From: a virus
DNA: 64,000 bases
Direction: 5' to 3' (one strand)
Virus record (IMG/VR): IMGVR_UViG_3300045256_000135
Location: 64,001-128,000 of that record
Shown in pieces: positions 19,583-27,973 of the stretch. Made by a program: the position numbers and the translations under genes. How positions within the stretch are numbered: position 1 is the stretch's first letter; every line of letters begins with the position of its first letter. The notes below the pieces were generated by a model. The model was not told the origin of the DNA. It ran no database searches and worked only from the letters and a program-made list of their open reading frames with translations.

Positions 19583-20374
19583 ATGCCTATTGTTTTGAAT
19601 CCAAATGATCCCCGCGTTCAGGCATACAGATCTGATCCGTTTCCGACCGGCATCGACCTTCGCCGTTCGGTAATCAACAACGATCCAGGGCAGTTTGTCG
19701 TTGACCCAACAGCAACGTTCCGTGCTGGTATGGTTATGGCGATGAACTCATCTGGTCAGTTGGCAGTCTGCGATGGCCTCGGCGTTGCACCGCTCAACGT
19801 TCCCTTTGGCTTTGCCAAGTGGAACAAGTTGACCACCCTGGTTGGCGCAGCTTCGGATGAACCCGTCGTACTCACAGGAGTCGTCGCGTCTGCTCTGAAG
19901 CACTCAAACCTCACCCCCGCCGCTGCTGGCATTCGTGTTTCGTCAGCACCGAACGGAGGTACGGTCTACACAGAAGGTGGTGGTGCTGACTACACCGTCA
20001 ACTACACCAACGGTACTGTCGTCCGCACTGCCGGCTCGACCATCCCGTCTGGTGCAACTGTGTACGTCACGTACAACTGGTTGATTCCTGAAGCTGACCT
20101 GGACTTCCAGGGCCGCAACTTCTGGAACTCGCTGGACGACGTGACGGTCGCTCAAGGTCGTCTCGCAGTTATCACTAACTGGGCGGTGCTTTATACACTT
20201 GCCTACGACCCCTCGATTACCTTCACTGTTGGTGCGAACCTCACGGTTGACACTGCGGCGAAGGCTGGCCTGCTTACCACTGCTGCGGGCGGTCGCCCAA
20301 CGTTTGGTAAGTGCATTCAGGTTCCCACGGCGGACGACCCCTTCCTGGGAATCGTTTCGTCCGGACACTACTGA
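19583..20374 (+). CDS. Putative head decoration protein with inserted beta-sandwich domain
   Basis: Immediately upstream of MCP; strong RBS; F.AGMV...G.C..VPT.DDPFLG pattern; YTEG..DYTVNY..GTV insert. Confidence 0.6.
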   Translation: MPIVLNPNDPRVQAYRSDPFPTGIDLRRSVINNDPGQFVVDPTATFRAGMVMAMNSSGQLAVCDGLGVAPLNVPFGFAKWNKLTTLVGAASDEPVVLTGVVASALKHSNLTPAAAGIRVSSAPNGGTVYTEGGGADYTVNYTNGTVVRTAGSTIPSGATVYVTYNWLIPEADLDFQGRNFWNSLDDVTVAQGRLAVITNWAVLYTLAYDPSITFTVGANLTVDTAAKAGLLTTAAGGRPTFGKCIQVPTADDPFLGIVSSGHY

Positions 20375-20390
20375 TAGGAGTTAGACAGCG

Positions 20391-21605
20391 ATGCTTCGCG
20401 ATAATCCGTATCGTCGGATGTCAGGGCCCGCTCCGGCTCCTGCTCCAACTGCACCAAGCTTTGCTAAGAGCGCGTCAGCGAAGGCGCCTCTCAAGGCAAA
20501 CCCCAACAGCAAGCAAGCTTCTCAGCTTGCTGGCCAAGATGGCGAGTTCAACCCGGCCGGGTTCGGCGGGTGGCGCTCAGCGGTTCGCTCCGCAGTTCCA
20601 TCTGGTCACAAGATGTTCGACAAGAAGGGCTCGATCAATGCTGTCGACAAGCGCGACGCATTGACTCAGATTGCTCACCTTATGCAGAACATGGTTAAGT
20701 CGGCTGGTATGAGAGACTTCTCTCGTACTGCTGAGAACCGTGAAGCTAAGGCAGAGAAGCTGAAGGTCCTTGCGGCTGCGATGAACGATCCTTCGGGTGA
20801 GGGCTTCGCAATCGTTGGTCAGGAGCTTCTGCTCCCGATCAAGTCGATCATCGACTACGAAGGCTGGGCACGGAAGATCTTCCGTGTTCGTCCGCTAGCC
20901 CAAGGTGAGCTCTTCCGCCTCGCCAAGGACGTTCGCGCTTCAGCGTTCGTCATCGGCCAGGACGGCCAGGGTATCGAAAGCCGTCTCTTCGGTAAGTACA
21001 TCACCCCGTCTGAGTTCAAGATCACTTCGTTCCCCACGGTGGACATCGAAGAGATCTACCAAATGAACTACGACGTTCTCGACCGCGCTCAGGACACTGC
21101 GCGCCAAGAGATCGAGCTCAATGAGGACAAGCGCGCCCTCATGCTCATTGATCGCGCTTCACAGGCGGTCAACACCACGACGATCTTCGGTACGCTCGGT
21201 ATCGGCGCATTCGAAGATACTCGCTATCAGGTTGAGCGTCACCGGCTCATCGTTGAGAAGTTCCTGATTGCTCGTGCAGAGCTGTCGGACATCGTCAAGA
21301 CGATGAGCACGGTCGTTGACCCTGTTACTGAACGTGAACTGATCCTTGCGGGCTACATCGGCAACGTGTTGAACGCAAGCATCATCACCACGGCAGGCAC
21401 GGGTGTCGAAGAAGTTGTGCCAGCAGGCGTCATGTACGCTGTAACAGCTTCTGACTACCTCGGCGAGATGGGTATCCGTATTGAACTGTTCTCTGAGCCG
21501 TTCAATCAGTACTCTGAGCGTCGTCTCGTGAAGGGCTGGGCGTTCGGTGAGCTTCTCGGATTCGCAATCCCAGAAGCCCGCGCGTGCGCGAAGGCAAGCA
21601 AGTAA
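20391..21605 (+). CDS. Major capsid protein
   Basis: AGGAG RBS, strongly biased codon usage, PIKSIIDYEGWARK and DVLDRAQDTARQEIELNED HK97-fold-like segments, strong terminator downstream. Confidence 0.85.
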   Translation: MLRDNPYRRMSGPAPAPAPTAPSFAKSASAKAPLKANPNSKQASQLAGQDGEFNPAGFGGWRSAVRSAVPSGHKMFDKKGSINAVDKRDALTQIAHLMQNMVKSAGMRDFSRTAENREAKAEKLKVLAAAMNDPSGEGFAIVGQELLLPIKSIIDYEGWARKIFRVRPLAQGELFRLAKDVRASAFVIGQDGQGIESRLFGKYITPSEFKITSFPTVDIEEIYQMNYDVLDRAQDTARQEIELNEDKRALMLIDRASQAVNTTTIFGTLGIGAFEDTRYQVERHRLIVEKFLIARAELSDIVKTMSTVVDPVTERELILAGYIGNVLNASIITTAGTGVEEVVPAGVMYAVTASDYLGEMGIRIELFSEPFNQYSERRLVKGWAFGELLGFAIPEARACAKASK

Positions 21606-21624
21606 GCTCTACAGAGCTGAAGGT

Positions 21625-21664
21625 AAAGAGAGGGCTGGTTGGAAACAACTAGCCCTCTCTTTTT
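21625..21664 (+). terminator. Intrinsic terminator after MCP
   Basis: AAAGAGAGGGCTGGTTG-GAAA-CAACTAGCCCTCTCTTTTT. Confidence 0.9.
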
Positions 21665-21676
21665 GTGTCTGGTATA

Positions 21677-21750
21677 TTTGACGTAACCTTAGTTCTAGAT
21701 TGCACAGCTATCCTATTAGCTGTGCAAAATCGACATCTAATAGACAAGGT
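21677..21750. promoter_or_regulatory. Composite intergenic element copy 1 (TTTGAC...ACAGCTA-N6-TAGCTGT...AGACAAGGT)
   Basis: 11-bp perfect inverted repeat 21700-21727; same layout as 27686-27760. Confidence 0.6.
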
Positions 21751-21810
21751 GACTATTTTCAACGAACTTGTTCGAGGGCCTTGATTTCTCGTACCGAATC
21801 ATTATGATCA

Positions 21811-22110
21811 TTGTATGGAACTCTGGAAGTTGATCCTGCTGATGGTAGTCTTCTCGGCTATCGGATTCTCGAGCGGATGGAGCTTTTGCAAGCGCTACCA
21901 TGGGGGACGATGATGACGGAAGATGAAATCAAGGCGTTGATCATGGAGACTATGATGGAACGCTTGGAGATCGAACTGAGCCTGGATTACGACAGACTAA
22001 AACCGGCACTCAGAGTCAGAGTCGGAGTTCGATTCGACGGTCGCGTCATCTGGAGCAAGGAAGACGGCTCTTCGGTTGACCTTGCTCAACTCAAAGGGGC
22101 ACTGGAATGA
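21811..22110 (+). CDS. Hypothetical protein (accessory island; true start may be 21910)
   Basis: ATGA coupling to the next gene; G-rich RBS before 21910. Confidence 0.5.
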   Translation: MYGTLEVDPADGSLLGYRILERMELLQALPWGTMMTEDEIKALIMETMMERLEIELSLDYDRLKPALRVRVGVRFDGRVIWSKEDGSSVDLAQLKGALE

Positions 22111-22460
22111 CTCGAGACCAAGAACTGGCCACGCTAATCATTGATTGGGTCGAAGACCATCTGATGCGACAAGGTCGAGCTTCAGAGCTTCACCAACGCA
22201 ATGGAATCATCAATGCGTACCGAGGAGAGGGCGATACCAAGTGTGCCATTGGGTGCTTGATCTCTGATCAAGACTATGACCCGAAGATTGAGGGAAAGAC
22301 GGTAGAGCAGATTTTCTATCTCATGCCGTTCCATTGTTCAGAAGCTATCGAAAGTCTGCTGGTCCGCCTTCAGTCTCTCCACGATATTGATGATATCACA
22401 AGGTGGCCTATTGAGTTCAGTGAACTTCGAGACTGGGTTGAGTCAGGTTTTACGGATTGA
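22107..22460 (+). CDS. Phage hypothetical protein
   Basis: YRG..KCAIGCLI.D..Y...EG...LQ.LHD pattern resembling a recurrent small phage protein family. Confidence 0.65.
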   Translation: MTRDQELATLIIDWVEDHLMRQGRASELHQRNGIINAYRGEGDTKCAIGCLISDQDYDPKIEGKTVEQIFYLMPFHCSEAIESLLVRLQSLHDIDDITRWPIEFSELRDWVESGFTD

Positions 22461-22469
22461 GAGGGTACA

Positions 22470-22667
22470 ATGACAAAGGGTAATCACGAATTCTACACCA
22501 CTTGGCGGGAGCGGGTCTACCTCGAGGTAGGCTTCCTTACTCGGGCTGAAATCGACCGTCTTCACGAGTCAAAGGACATCAACCAAGACATGACCATGCA
22601 CCAGGTAGCTATCAAGGCTGGGGAGGTGTTGGGTCTTTCAGAAGTGGAGGAGTTCGATGGCGAGTAG
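22470..22667 (+). CDS. Hypothetical protein
   Basis: GAGGG RBS; overlaps the next gene. Confidence 0.55.
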   Translation: MTKGNHEFYTTWRERVYLEVGFLTRAEIDRLHESKDINQDMTMHQVAIKAGEVLGLSEVEEFDGE

Positions 22668-22887
22668 TATGACTGCGGACGAGATCATACACAGGCTCAG
22701 CTTGCTTGGTGTGAAAGCACAACTCTGTGGCTGTGGCTGTTCTTCTGTCGAAATTGATCCGAGGTCTCTTAACACGGCGATCTGCAAAGAGTGCTGTGTA
22801 GCATACACACCGGATGAGGTGCTTGACGACGGGTTTTGCGAATCTTCTTGCCGGGCTTCGTATCTGCACCGTTCCGCACGAGGCTGA
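22657..22887 (+). CDS. Cys-rich hypothetical protein
   Basis: GGAGGAG RBS; CGCGC, CKEC and CESSC motifs. Confidence 0.55.
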   Translation: MASSMTADEIIHRLSLLGVKAQLCGCGCSSVEIDPRSLNTAICKECCVAYTPDEVLDDGFCESSCRASYLHRSARG

Positions 22888-22888
22888 C

Positions 22889-23224
22889 GTGAACCTGTTC
22901 ACATTCCGAGAAGAACACGAAAGCGCACCAGAGATCAAAAGCTGTGGTCGTAGAGGGTGGCGGTGGGCACTAGCACTTGGCAGAGGTCAGCGCTACGTGT
23001 CAATTGGACTTCAGCGTCAGGTGATCTTTCACGATGTTGGGAAGGTCTGGCACCCAGCTGGAGAATACTTCGATCTGGTGTGTCGATGGGATCGATTCAC
23101 CATCGCCTCGGATCACATCTATTACGATGGTCCGCACTGTGCGTTCCAGTTCGGATTCTTGCAAGCGTGCTGGAGTTACTGGAACTGTGAGAAGTGCTAC
23201 CCCACTACTGAGGAGGGGACATGA
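22889..23224 (+). CDS. Hypothetical protein
   Basis: GTG start just after upstream stop; ATGA coupling downstream (track start 22814). Confidence 0.5.
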   Translation: MNLFTFREEHESAPEIKSCGRRGWRWALALGRGQRYVSIGLQRQVIFHDVGKVWHPAGEYFDLVCRWDRFTIASDHIYYDGPHCAFQFGFLQACWSYWNCEKCYPTTEEGT

Positions 23225-23451
23225 CTGAGTACAACGATGGTTGGCGGAGATGTGAGAACTGTGATGACAGCTACACGTGGGATGGTGATCCTGCGGAAGT
23301 TTGCTCAGCATCGTTGTGTGAGAATTGCACTAGACTGGTGCAGAGAGTGGCTCGGTATCTGTCGGAGGACGTTGGGTGTCGAGACTTGATCCAAGCCTAC
23401 GATGAGCGAATCGAGTCTCTGAAGAACGGCCGCTGGTGGAACGAGACTTAG
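23221..23451 (+). CDS. Small Cys-rich hypothetical protein
   Basis: GAGGAGG RBS; two CENC motifs. Confidence 0.6.
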   Translation: MTEYNDGWRRCENCDDSYTWDGDPAEVCSASLCENCTRLVQRVARYLSEDVGCRDLIQAYDERIESLKNGRWWNET

Positions 23452-23557
23452 GCTTTCGTTATCACGCACTCTATCATCATGTTTGACCTTACAGGGACTA
23501 AGCTCTGTAAGAGGTGGGATCAATCCTGACGACTGATCTTTCTGCGTCGAACAATGA

Positions 23558-24379
23558 ATGTACGAACAGGTTTCTGTTCTCGATAGCACTGGTAAACCAG
23601 TCTCCCCTTGTTCTCCAGCTAGAGCAAGGATCCTAGTCAACTCGTCAGAGGCTGATTGGGTAACGACTGATCCACCCGTTCTTCGTCTACGGCGAGCTGT
23701 TCGTACAACCCCAGAGGTATACACCATGATTTCGAATTTCACCGACTACTTTCGTGAAGAGAAGGACATCTGGATCCAGAACATCTCTAGCAACCAGGTG
23801 ACTTGTCAGTTTGAGATTAGCACGGGCAACTACCAGTCAGTGCTGATTCAAAAGTCGCGAGATCCGATCAATCTAACTCAGCAAATTCCGTTTCAGATCA
23901 TCAAGAATTCACCAGATTTCAGAAAGCTGGCGAATCGTCGACCGCCGGTGTTTCGGGTGATGACTGAAGATGAAGTCAAGGCATACTACCTCCAGAAGGC
24001 TGGAAATGCTGGTGATTGGCGTGAAGCGTATGAAGCAGCTGAAGAGAAACGGTTGAACGTTGCTAACCGCGTCATTCCAGAGAACACGACAGTACTCCCA
24101 GCTACTGAGGTCAAGCCTGAGGTGGTCGAGCGTGTTTCGGAAGAAGACGTTATTCATCCGAAAGTGGTGTACCTTATGATCCAGGTTGATGGACAAATTC
24201 CAGACGCCGAGAAGATGAAAGCACACGAACTGCTCACAGAGCTTCAGTTGATCGAAGACGAACTGAAGACGGATGACCTCGACTACATTCTTGCGAAGGG
24301 TTTCTGGAAGTCCGTGAAGACCTGGGCCAAGTCAGTGATGGCAAAGAAGTCTGCCAATACAGCTGAAGGCGACGGCTGA
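23558..24379 (+). CDS. Phage protein with N-terminal RRXRR/PLMP (IscB-type) domain; second in-frame start at 23726
   Basis: VSVLDSTGKPVSPCSPARARILV...LRL matches the IscB PLMP pattern; GAGGT RBS before ATG 23726. Confidence 0.65.
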   Translation: MYEQVSVLDSTGKPVSPCSPARARILVNSSEADWVTTDPPVLRLRRAVRTTPEVYTMISNFTDYFREEKDIWIQNISSNQVTCQFEISTGNYQSVLIQKSRDPINLTQQIPFQIIKNSPDFRKLANRRPPVFRVMTEDEVKAYYLQKAGNAGDWREAYEAAEEKRLNVANRVIPENTTVLPATEVKPEVVERVSEEDVIHPKVVYLMIQVDGQIPDAEKMKAHELLTELQLIEDELKTDDLDYILAKGFWKSVKTWAKSVMAKKSANTAEGDG

Positions 24380-24387
24380 TCTAGCCT

Positions 24388-24428
24388 AAAGAAACAGAGG
24401 GTTGCATACAGCTTCCCTCTGTTTCTTT
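24388..24428 (+). terminator. Intrinsic terminator (possibly bidirectional)
   Basis: AAAGAAACAGAGGG ... CCCTCTGTTTCTTT inverted repeat. Confidence 0.8.
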
Positions 24429-24475
24429 GTTTACGTTTTCGAAACGTTGCACAATAATCTTGGCTGAGGAGTCAC

Positions 24476-24943
24476 ATGTACCCGATTATCAAACGCTACC
24501 AAGTACTGTTAGAAGCCACCGGCGTTAATCCCGGGTCAAGTGCTGACGTTCCCTTCAACTGTGACGATGTCTCTACTCAACTTTTGGTTAGAGTCTACTC
24601 ACTTGATCCAGCCCAAGCGTTGGGCACGGGAACTGCTCAAGTGTACAGAAACGGTACTGCTCTTGGCTCAGCTACCGCGTTTGCTGGCACCATGATCACA
24701 GTTGCGGCAGATCCCTTTGCCTTCGCCGGCGCTAACTCGGAGCTGGTAGGACTGTTTCCGCCAACCGTGAACAGTGCTAAGTCTGACGGGTACATTCGCC
24801 TGTCTGGTGGTGCAATGGTGATGGATCAAAGCTCTCAGATCCCGCCTACGCCACCTCTACCAATGTTTGTTCGAGTTACGAATGGCAACGCATCAAAACT
24901 AGCGATTGCTGTGGTGTGGACTGGGCTCATCTGGAGGCCATAA
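24476..24943 (+). CDS. Hypothetical, probably structural protein
   Basis: GAGGAG RBS; beta-rich composition. Confidence 0.65.
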   Translation: MYPIIKRYQVLLEATGVNPGSSADVPFNCDDVSTQLLVRVYSLDPAQALGTGTAQVYRNGTALGSATAFAGTMITVAADPFAFAGANSELVGLFPPTVNSAKSDGYIRLSGGAMVMDQSSQIPPTPPLPMFVRVTNGNASKLAIAVVWTGLIWRP

Positions 24944-25236
24944 TGCTAGACACTATTGAGAAGCACTGGATCGCGATTAACATTGCGTGGGTGATCCTCA
25001 CTGGACTCCTCACTGTGGTTTTCAAGAAGCCATCTGATGCGTTTGCTCAGAAGTGGCCTCGGATTGCAGCAATTCGACGTATTCCGAGTGATGCCGGGCT
25101 CAACGTCCCCAACCTGATGAAGAACCTGTTCATCTTGGTTGCTGGACGCCCTCCACTGACGTTTGGTGCAAAAGCTCCAGAACAAGCTAAACCGTCAGAG
25201 GTTGTTGAACAACCAGTTCAAGGTAAGACCGAGTAA
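24943..25236 (+). CDS. Small membrane protein (holin-like)
   Basis: TAATG coupling, GGAGG RBS, N-terminal hydrophobic helix. Confidence 0.5.
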   Translation: MLDTIEKHWIAINIAWVILTGLLTVVFKKPSDAFAQKWPRIAAIRRIPSDAGLNVPNLMKNLFILVAGRPPLTFGAKAPEQAKPSEVVEQPVQGKTE

Positions 25237-25766
25237 TGGACATGGGTGCTGAGTTAGTGGGTGGTCTGGCAGCAGTAGGTCTGGCTGTTGGTGGCTACCT
25301 ACTCAAGCGAGAGATGGCTCGCATTGACAAAGCAGTTGAGCAGCTGTCTGACGTTGTCAAGGCACTGGACACCTCTGTTAAGACGAAGCCACTTGAAGCA
25401 GAGCTTGCCAGATCTCAGTTGGAGCTGAGATTTGACAATCTAAAGACAGCACTGGAGTCAAAAAACGCAACGGACATTGCTACAGCAACAGCTGCAGTGC
25501 TTAGCCAGTTAGAGAAGGTAAAAGCAGAGCTAGCATCAGCTCAAAGAGCTTCATCAAACGACCTTGAGTCTAGTGACGAGAAGTTTGAGAAAAGACTTGC
25601 TGAGCTAGAGCGTCTGTTCAATGAGTGGCGACTGACAGCGGCGGAGAAGTTTGTGTCCAAGACTGACTTCATCCGAGAGTCGACCGTCATTGAGAGCCGG
25701 ATTTCCAATACTAAGCGTTCGGTAGAGAACTTGGACGATTTGTTAAAAACCTACCTAAGGAAATGA
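25236..25766 (+). CDS. Membrane-anchored coiled-coil protein
   Basis: N-terminal TM segment followed by heptad-rich helix. Confidence 0.6.
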   Translation: MDMGAELVGGLAAVGLAVGGYLLKREMARIDKAVEQLSDVVKALDTSVKTKPLEAELARSQLELRFDNLKTALESKNATDIATATAAVLSQLEKVKAELASAQRASSNDLESSDEKFEKRLAELERLFNEWRLTAAEKFVSKTDFIRESTVIESRISNTKRSVENLDDLLKTYLRK

Positions 25767-25770
25767 CACA

Positions 25771-25965
25771 ATGGCGGCAGAACGTGAGGGGTTGCTTGTT
25801 ATCACAACGAGTAAGGAACCGGGTTCCAGCGTTCGTAGGAAGACTCGACACGAGCTTTTCCTCTCTGATGAGTCACCATTACAACCAGCAGAGATTATGC
25901 TGAACGACATTGACGATCTGTTGTTCAGAATGACAACTGCTCTGCAAACCGGTAAGCATGGCTAA
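25771..25965 (+). CDS. Hypothetical protein
   Basis: AAGGA RBS; overlaps the next gene. Confidence 0.45.
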   Translation: MAAEREGLLVITTSKEPGSSVRRKTRHELFLSDESPLQPAEIMLNDIDDLLFRMTTALQTGKHG

Positions 25966-27049
25966 GCTTCAGTTCAACCCACTCGCAACATTGGTAGCCA
26001 AAGGCATAACCAGCATTGTGTCTGGGTTGAAGAATGCTTCACCAGGCACAATCGAGTCAGTTAGGGCTACTAACTCATGCTGGGTTGCAGTTAATGGTGA
26101 TGACACCCTCGGCGATGGATCTATTTCGAATCCTTTTGCCACGATAACGAGGGCAGTCACGTTGCTTGGGAATGGAACACAAGCAAAGGTGATCTTTCTG
26201 GGGCCTGGTTCCTTCTTGAACTCAACTCTTCCGGTTACCAACACTACGTTTATAGGTTGTGGGTCGTCTAACACAATCCTGACAACGGTGGGTGGTGGAT
26301 GGAGTGAGACGTCAGGTCCGCTGCACTTTGAGTTTGTTGACCTGCAGTTCTCTGGCACGTTCACTGGCAAGAATGGCGGGAATTTTGAGGCGTGGTTCAC
26401 CCGTTGCCAGGTTGATGGCACCTTTAACCTAGTGGGTGACGCCAAGTTTACAGAATGTGCACTAGCACCCACACTTGTACTCAACAACTCAACCCCAACC
26501 CTACTGCAAACGCCTGGGTTCTCGACTGTCACCATCTCACTTAACTCGGGTGCGGGAACAAACGGAAACGTAGCATCTATCGAGATTGATGGTGGCGTAT
26601 GGCTAAACATCACATTTGGATCAGTTTCTAACGATAAGCCGCTCAATGTTCGAAATGCGGTGATCGCGGAGCTAGTTACTACTGGGCTTGCTGTAGCATC
26701 AATTGCTGTTGGCACCACGGTATATTCGTTGGTAGCTCAAGATGCTGGCTCACAGATTGTTGATGCGAGTCCATATTATTCATCCAAAACCTACAGCGGC
26801 TTGGGTGAATTTGTCTGGGAACAGATCCAACTTACTAAGACGATGCCAGCTAACGCTGGTGAGACCGACGTAACGCTACCAATGCCAAGGCGAAACGCGG
26901 CTACTAACTACAAAACGTATGCCGCAACGACTTTGAATGGAGTCGACATAAGCTACGTCTCAAGTACGCCCACCACAATCACAGTGCACGTGAAGCCACC
27001 TTCGCCAACTCACGCGTCCTACAGCTTCTCGATCCTGGTGCTAACATGA
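25958..27049 (+). CDS. Putative virion fibre protein with beta-helix region
   Basis: WVAVNGDD..GDGS.SNPFATI.RA (DUF1565-like cap) followed by G/S/T-rich beta repeats. Confidence 0.55.
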   Translation: MAKLQFNPLATLVAKGITSIVSGLKNASPGTIESVRATNSCWVAVNGDDTLGDGSISNPFATITRAVTLLGNGTQAKVIFLGPGSFLNSTLPVTNTTFIGCGSSNTILTTVGGGWSETSGPLHFEFVDLQFSGTFTGKNGGNFEAWFTRCQVDGTFNLVGDAKFTECALAPTLVLNNSTPTLLQTPGFSTVTISLNSGAGTNGNVASIEIDGGVWLNITFGSVSNDKPLNVRNAVIAELVTTGLAVASIAVGTTVYSLVAQDAGSQIVDASPYYSSKTYSGLGEFVWEQIQLTKTMPANAGETDVTLPMPRRNAATNYKTYAATTLNGVDISYVSSTPTTITVHVKPPSPTHASYSFSILVLT

Positions 27050-27690
27050 TCACGTACCACCCAAGTGGCCGAAACACACTGTTTAGAATGCTTTTGGTCT
27101 CCGGTAGTGGGACGGGGCTAACTGGCCAAACGCCAACAATCTCGATTCAACGTAGATCTGATAGCAAATGGTGGGATGGTTCTGCTTGGCAAAACGCGAA
27201 GCAGGCTATCACCATGACTCAGACGGATGCAGTGAATCTTCCAGGCGACTACAGCTATGCGTTTAACCAAGCTTCAGCTGGTGGTGGCACCGAAGAGTAT
27301 CTTGTTCGTTACGAACAAAACGGAGTTGCTCCTAACATCGGAATAGATGAAGAGCAACACGTGTTTATACCTTTTGCTTCGACTCTGGTGCCTGAGAAGA
27401 AGCTTGGTATTGTCATGTCTGATGACGGAATTAACGTCAAGATCAGCGTCTGGATGGAGGAAGGTGGTCTGAGAGCGAACAACTACAATTCCATGGCCGC
27501 TCAAGTGAAGGACCCTTCAGGGAACCTGATCGTTGATCTAGGTACTGCAACCACCCAGAGCGTGGATGGTGTGTTCTCGTTTTTGACGACTGACTCTGCG
27601 ATTGTTCGGAACACGCCCTATCTGGTAACGGTACAAGCTACTCGAGGTGCGTCCGTCGATCTCGTACAGCAAGGTTTCGTTAGAGTTTGA
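27046..27690 (+). CDS. Putative structural protein
   Basis: ATGA coupling; beta-rich with WWDGSAW motif. Confidence 0.55.
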   Translation: MITYHPSGRNTLFRMLLVSGSGTGLTGQTPTISIQRRSDSKWWDGSAWQNAKQAITMTQTDAVNLPGDYSYAFNQASAGGGTEEYLVRYEQNGVAPNIGIDEEQHVFIPFASTLVPEKKLGIVMSDDGINVKISVWMEEGGLRANNYNSMAAQVKDPSGNLIVDLGTATTQSVDGVFSFLTTDSAIVRNTPYLVTVQATRGASVDLVQQGFVRV

Positions 27691-27760
27691 CTTTACCTAA
27701 GGTTGGTTTCAGACAGCTAACTAGTTAGCTGTAGGTTCTAGAACCTAACTACAGACAGGT
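27686..27760. promoter_or_regulatory. Composite intergenic element copy 2 with two abutting perfect palindromes
   Basis: ACAGCTAACTAGTTAGCTGT (27713-27732), TAGGTTCTAGAACCTA (27732-27747), AGACAGGT (27753-27760). Confidence 0.65.
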
Positions 27761-27769
27761 ATACACACG

Positions 27770-27973
27770 GTGTTAGTGGCTCCCACAAGTTCCTGGACAG
27801 TGTTACGCACCATCGGAGGCGATTTCAGTGTTGTTGGCGATCTGAACGCTAGATACTGTGATGTTCAGTTGTCAACTCCTGCTGATCGCTGTGTACCAGT
27901 TCTGTCGGATGCTGATTGTGAGTGCCCTGATGGACCTTGTGACACCCAACCACCCCTTAGGACCATCACATGA
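27770..27973 (+). CDS. Small Cys-rich hypothetical protein
   Basis: ATGA coupling to the next gene. Confidence 0.4.
   Translation: MLVAPTSSWTVLRTIGGDFSVVGDLNARYCDVQLSTPADRCVPVLSDADCECPDGPCDTQPPLRTIT

Noticed and set aside
23558-24379. Intact IscB / IS200-IS605 element
   Set aside because: Only the PLMP-like segment is present; no RuvC, HNH, TnpA or full-length omegaRNA region visible.
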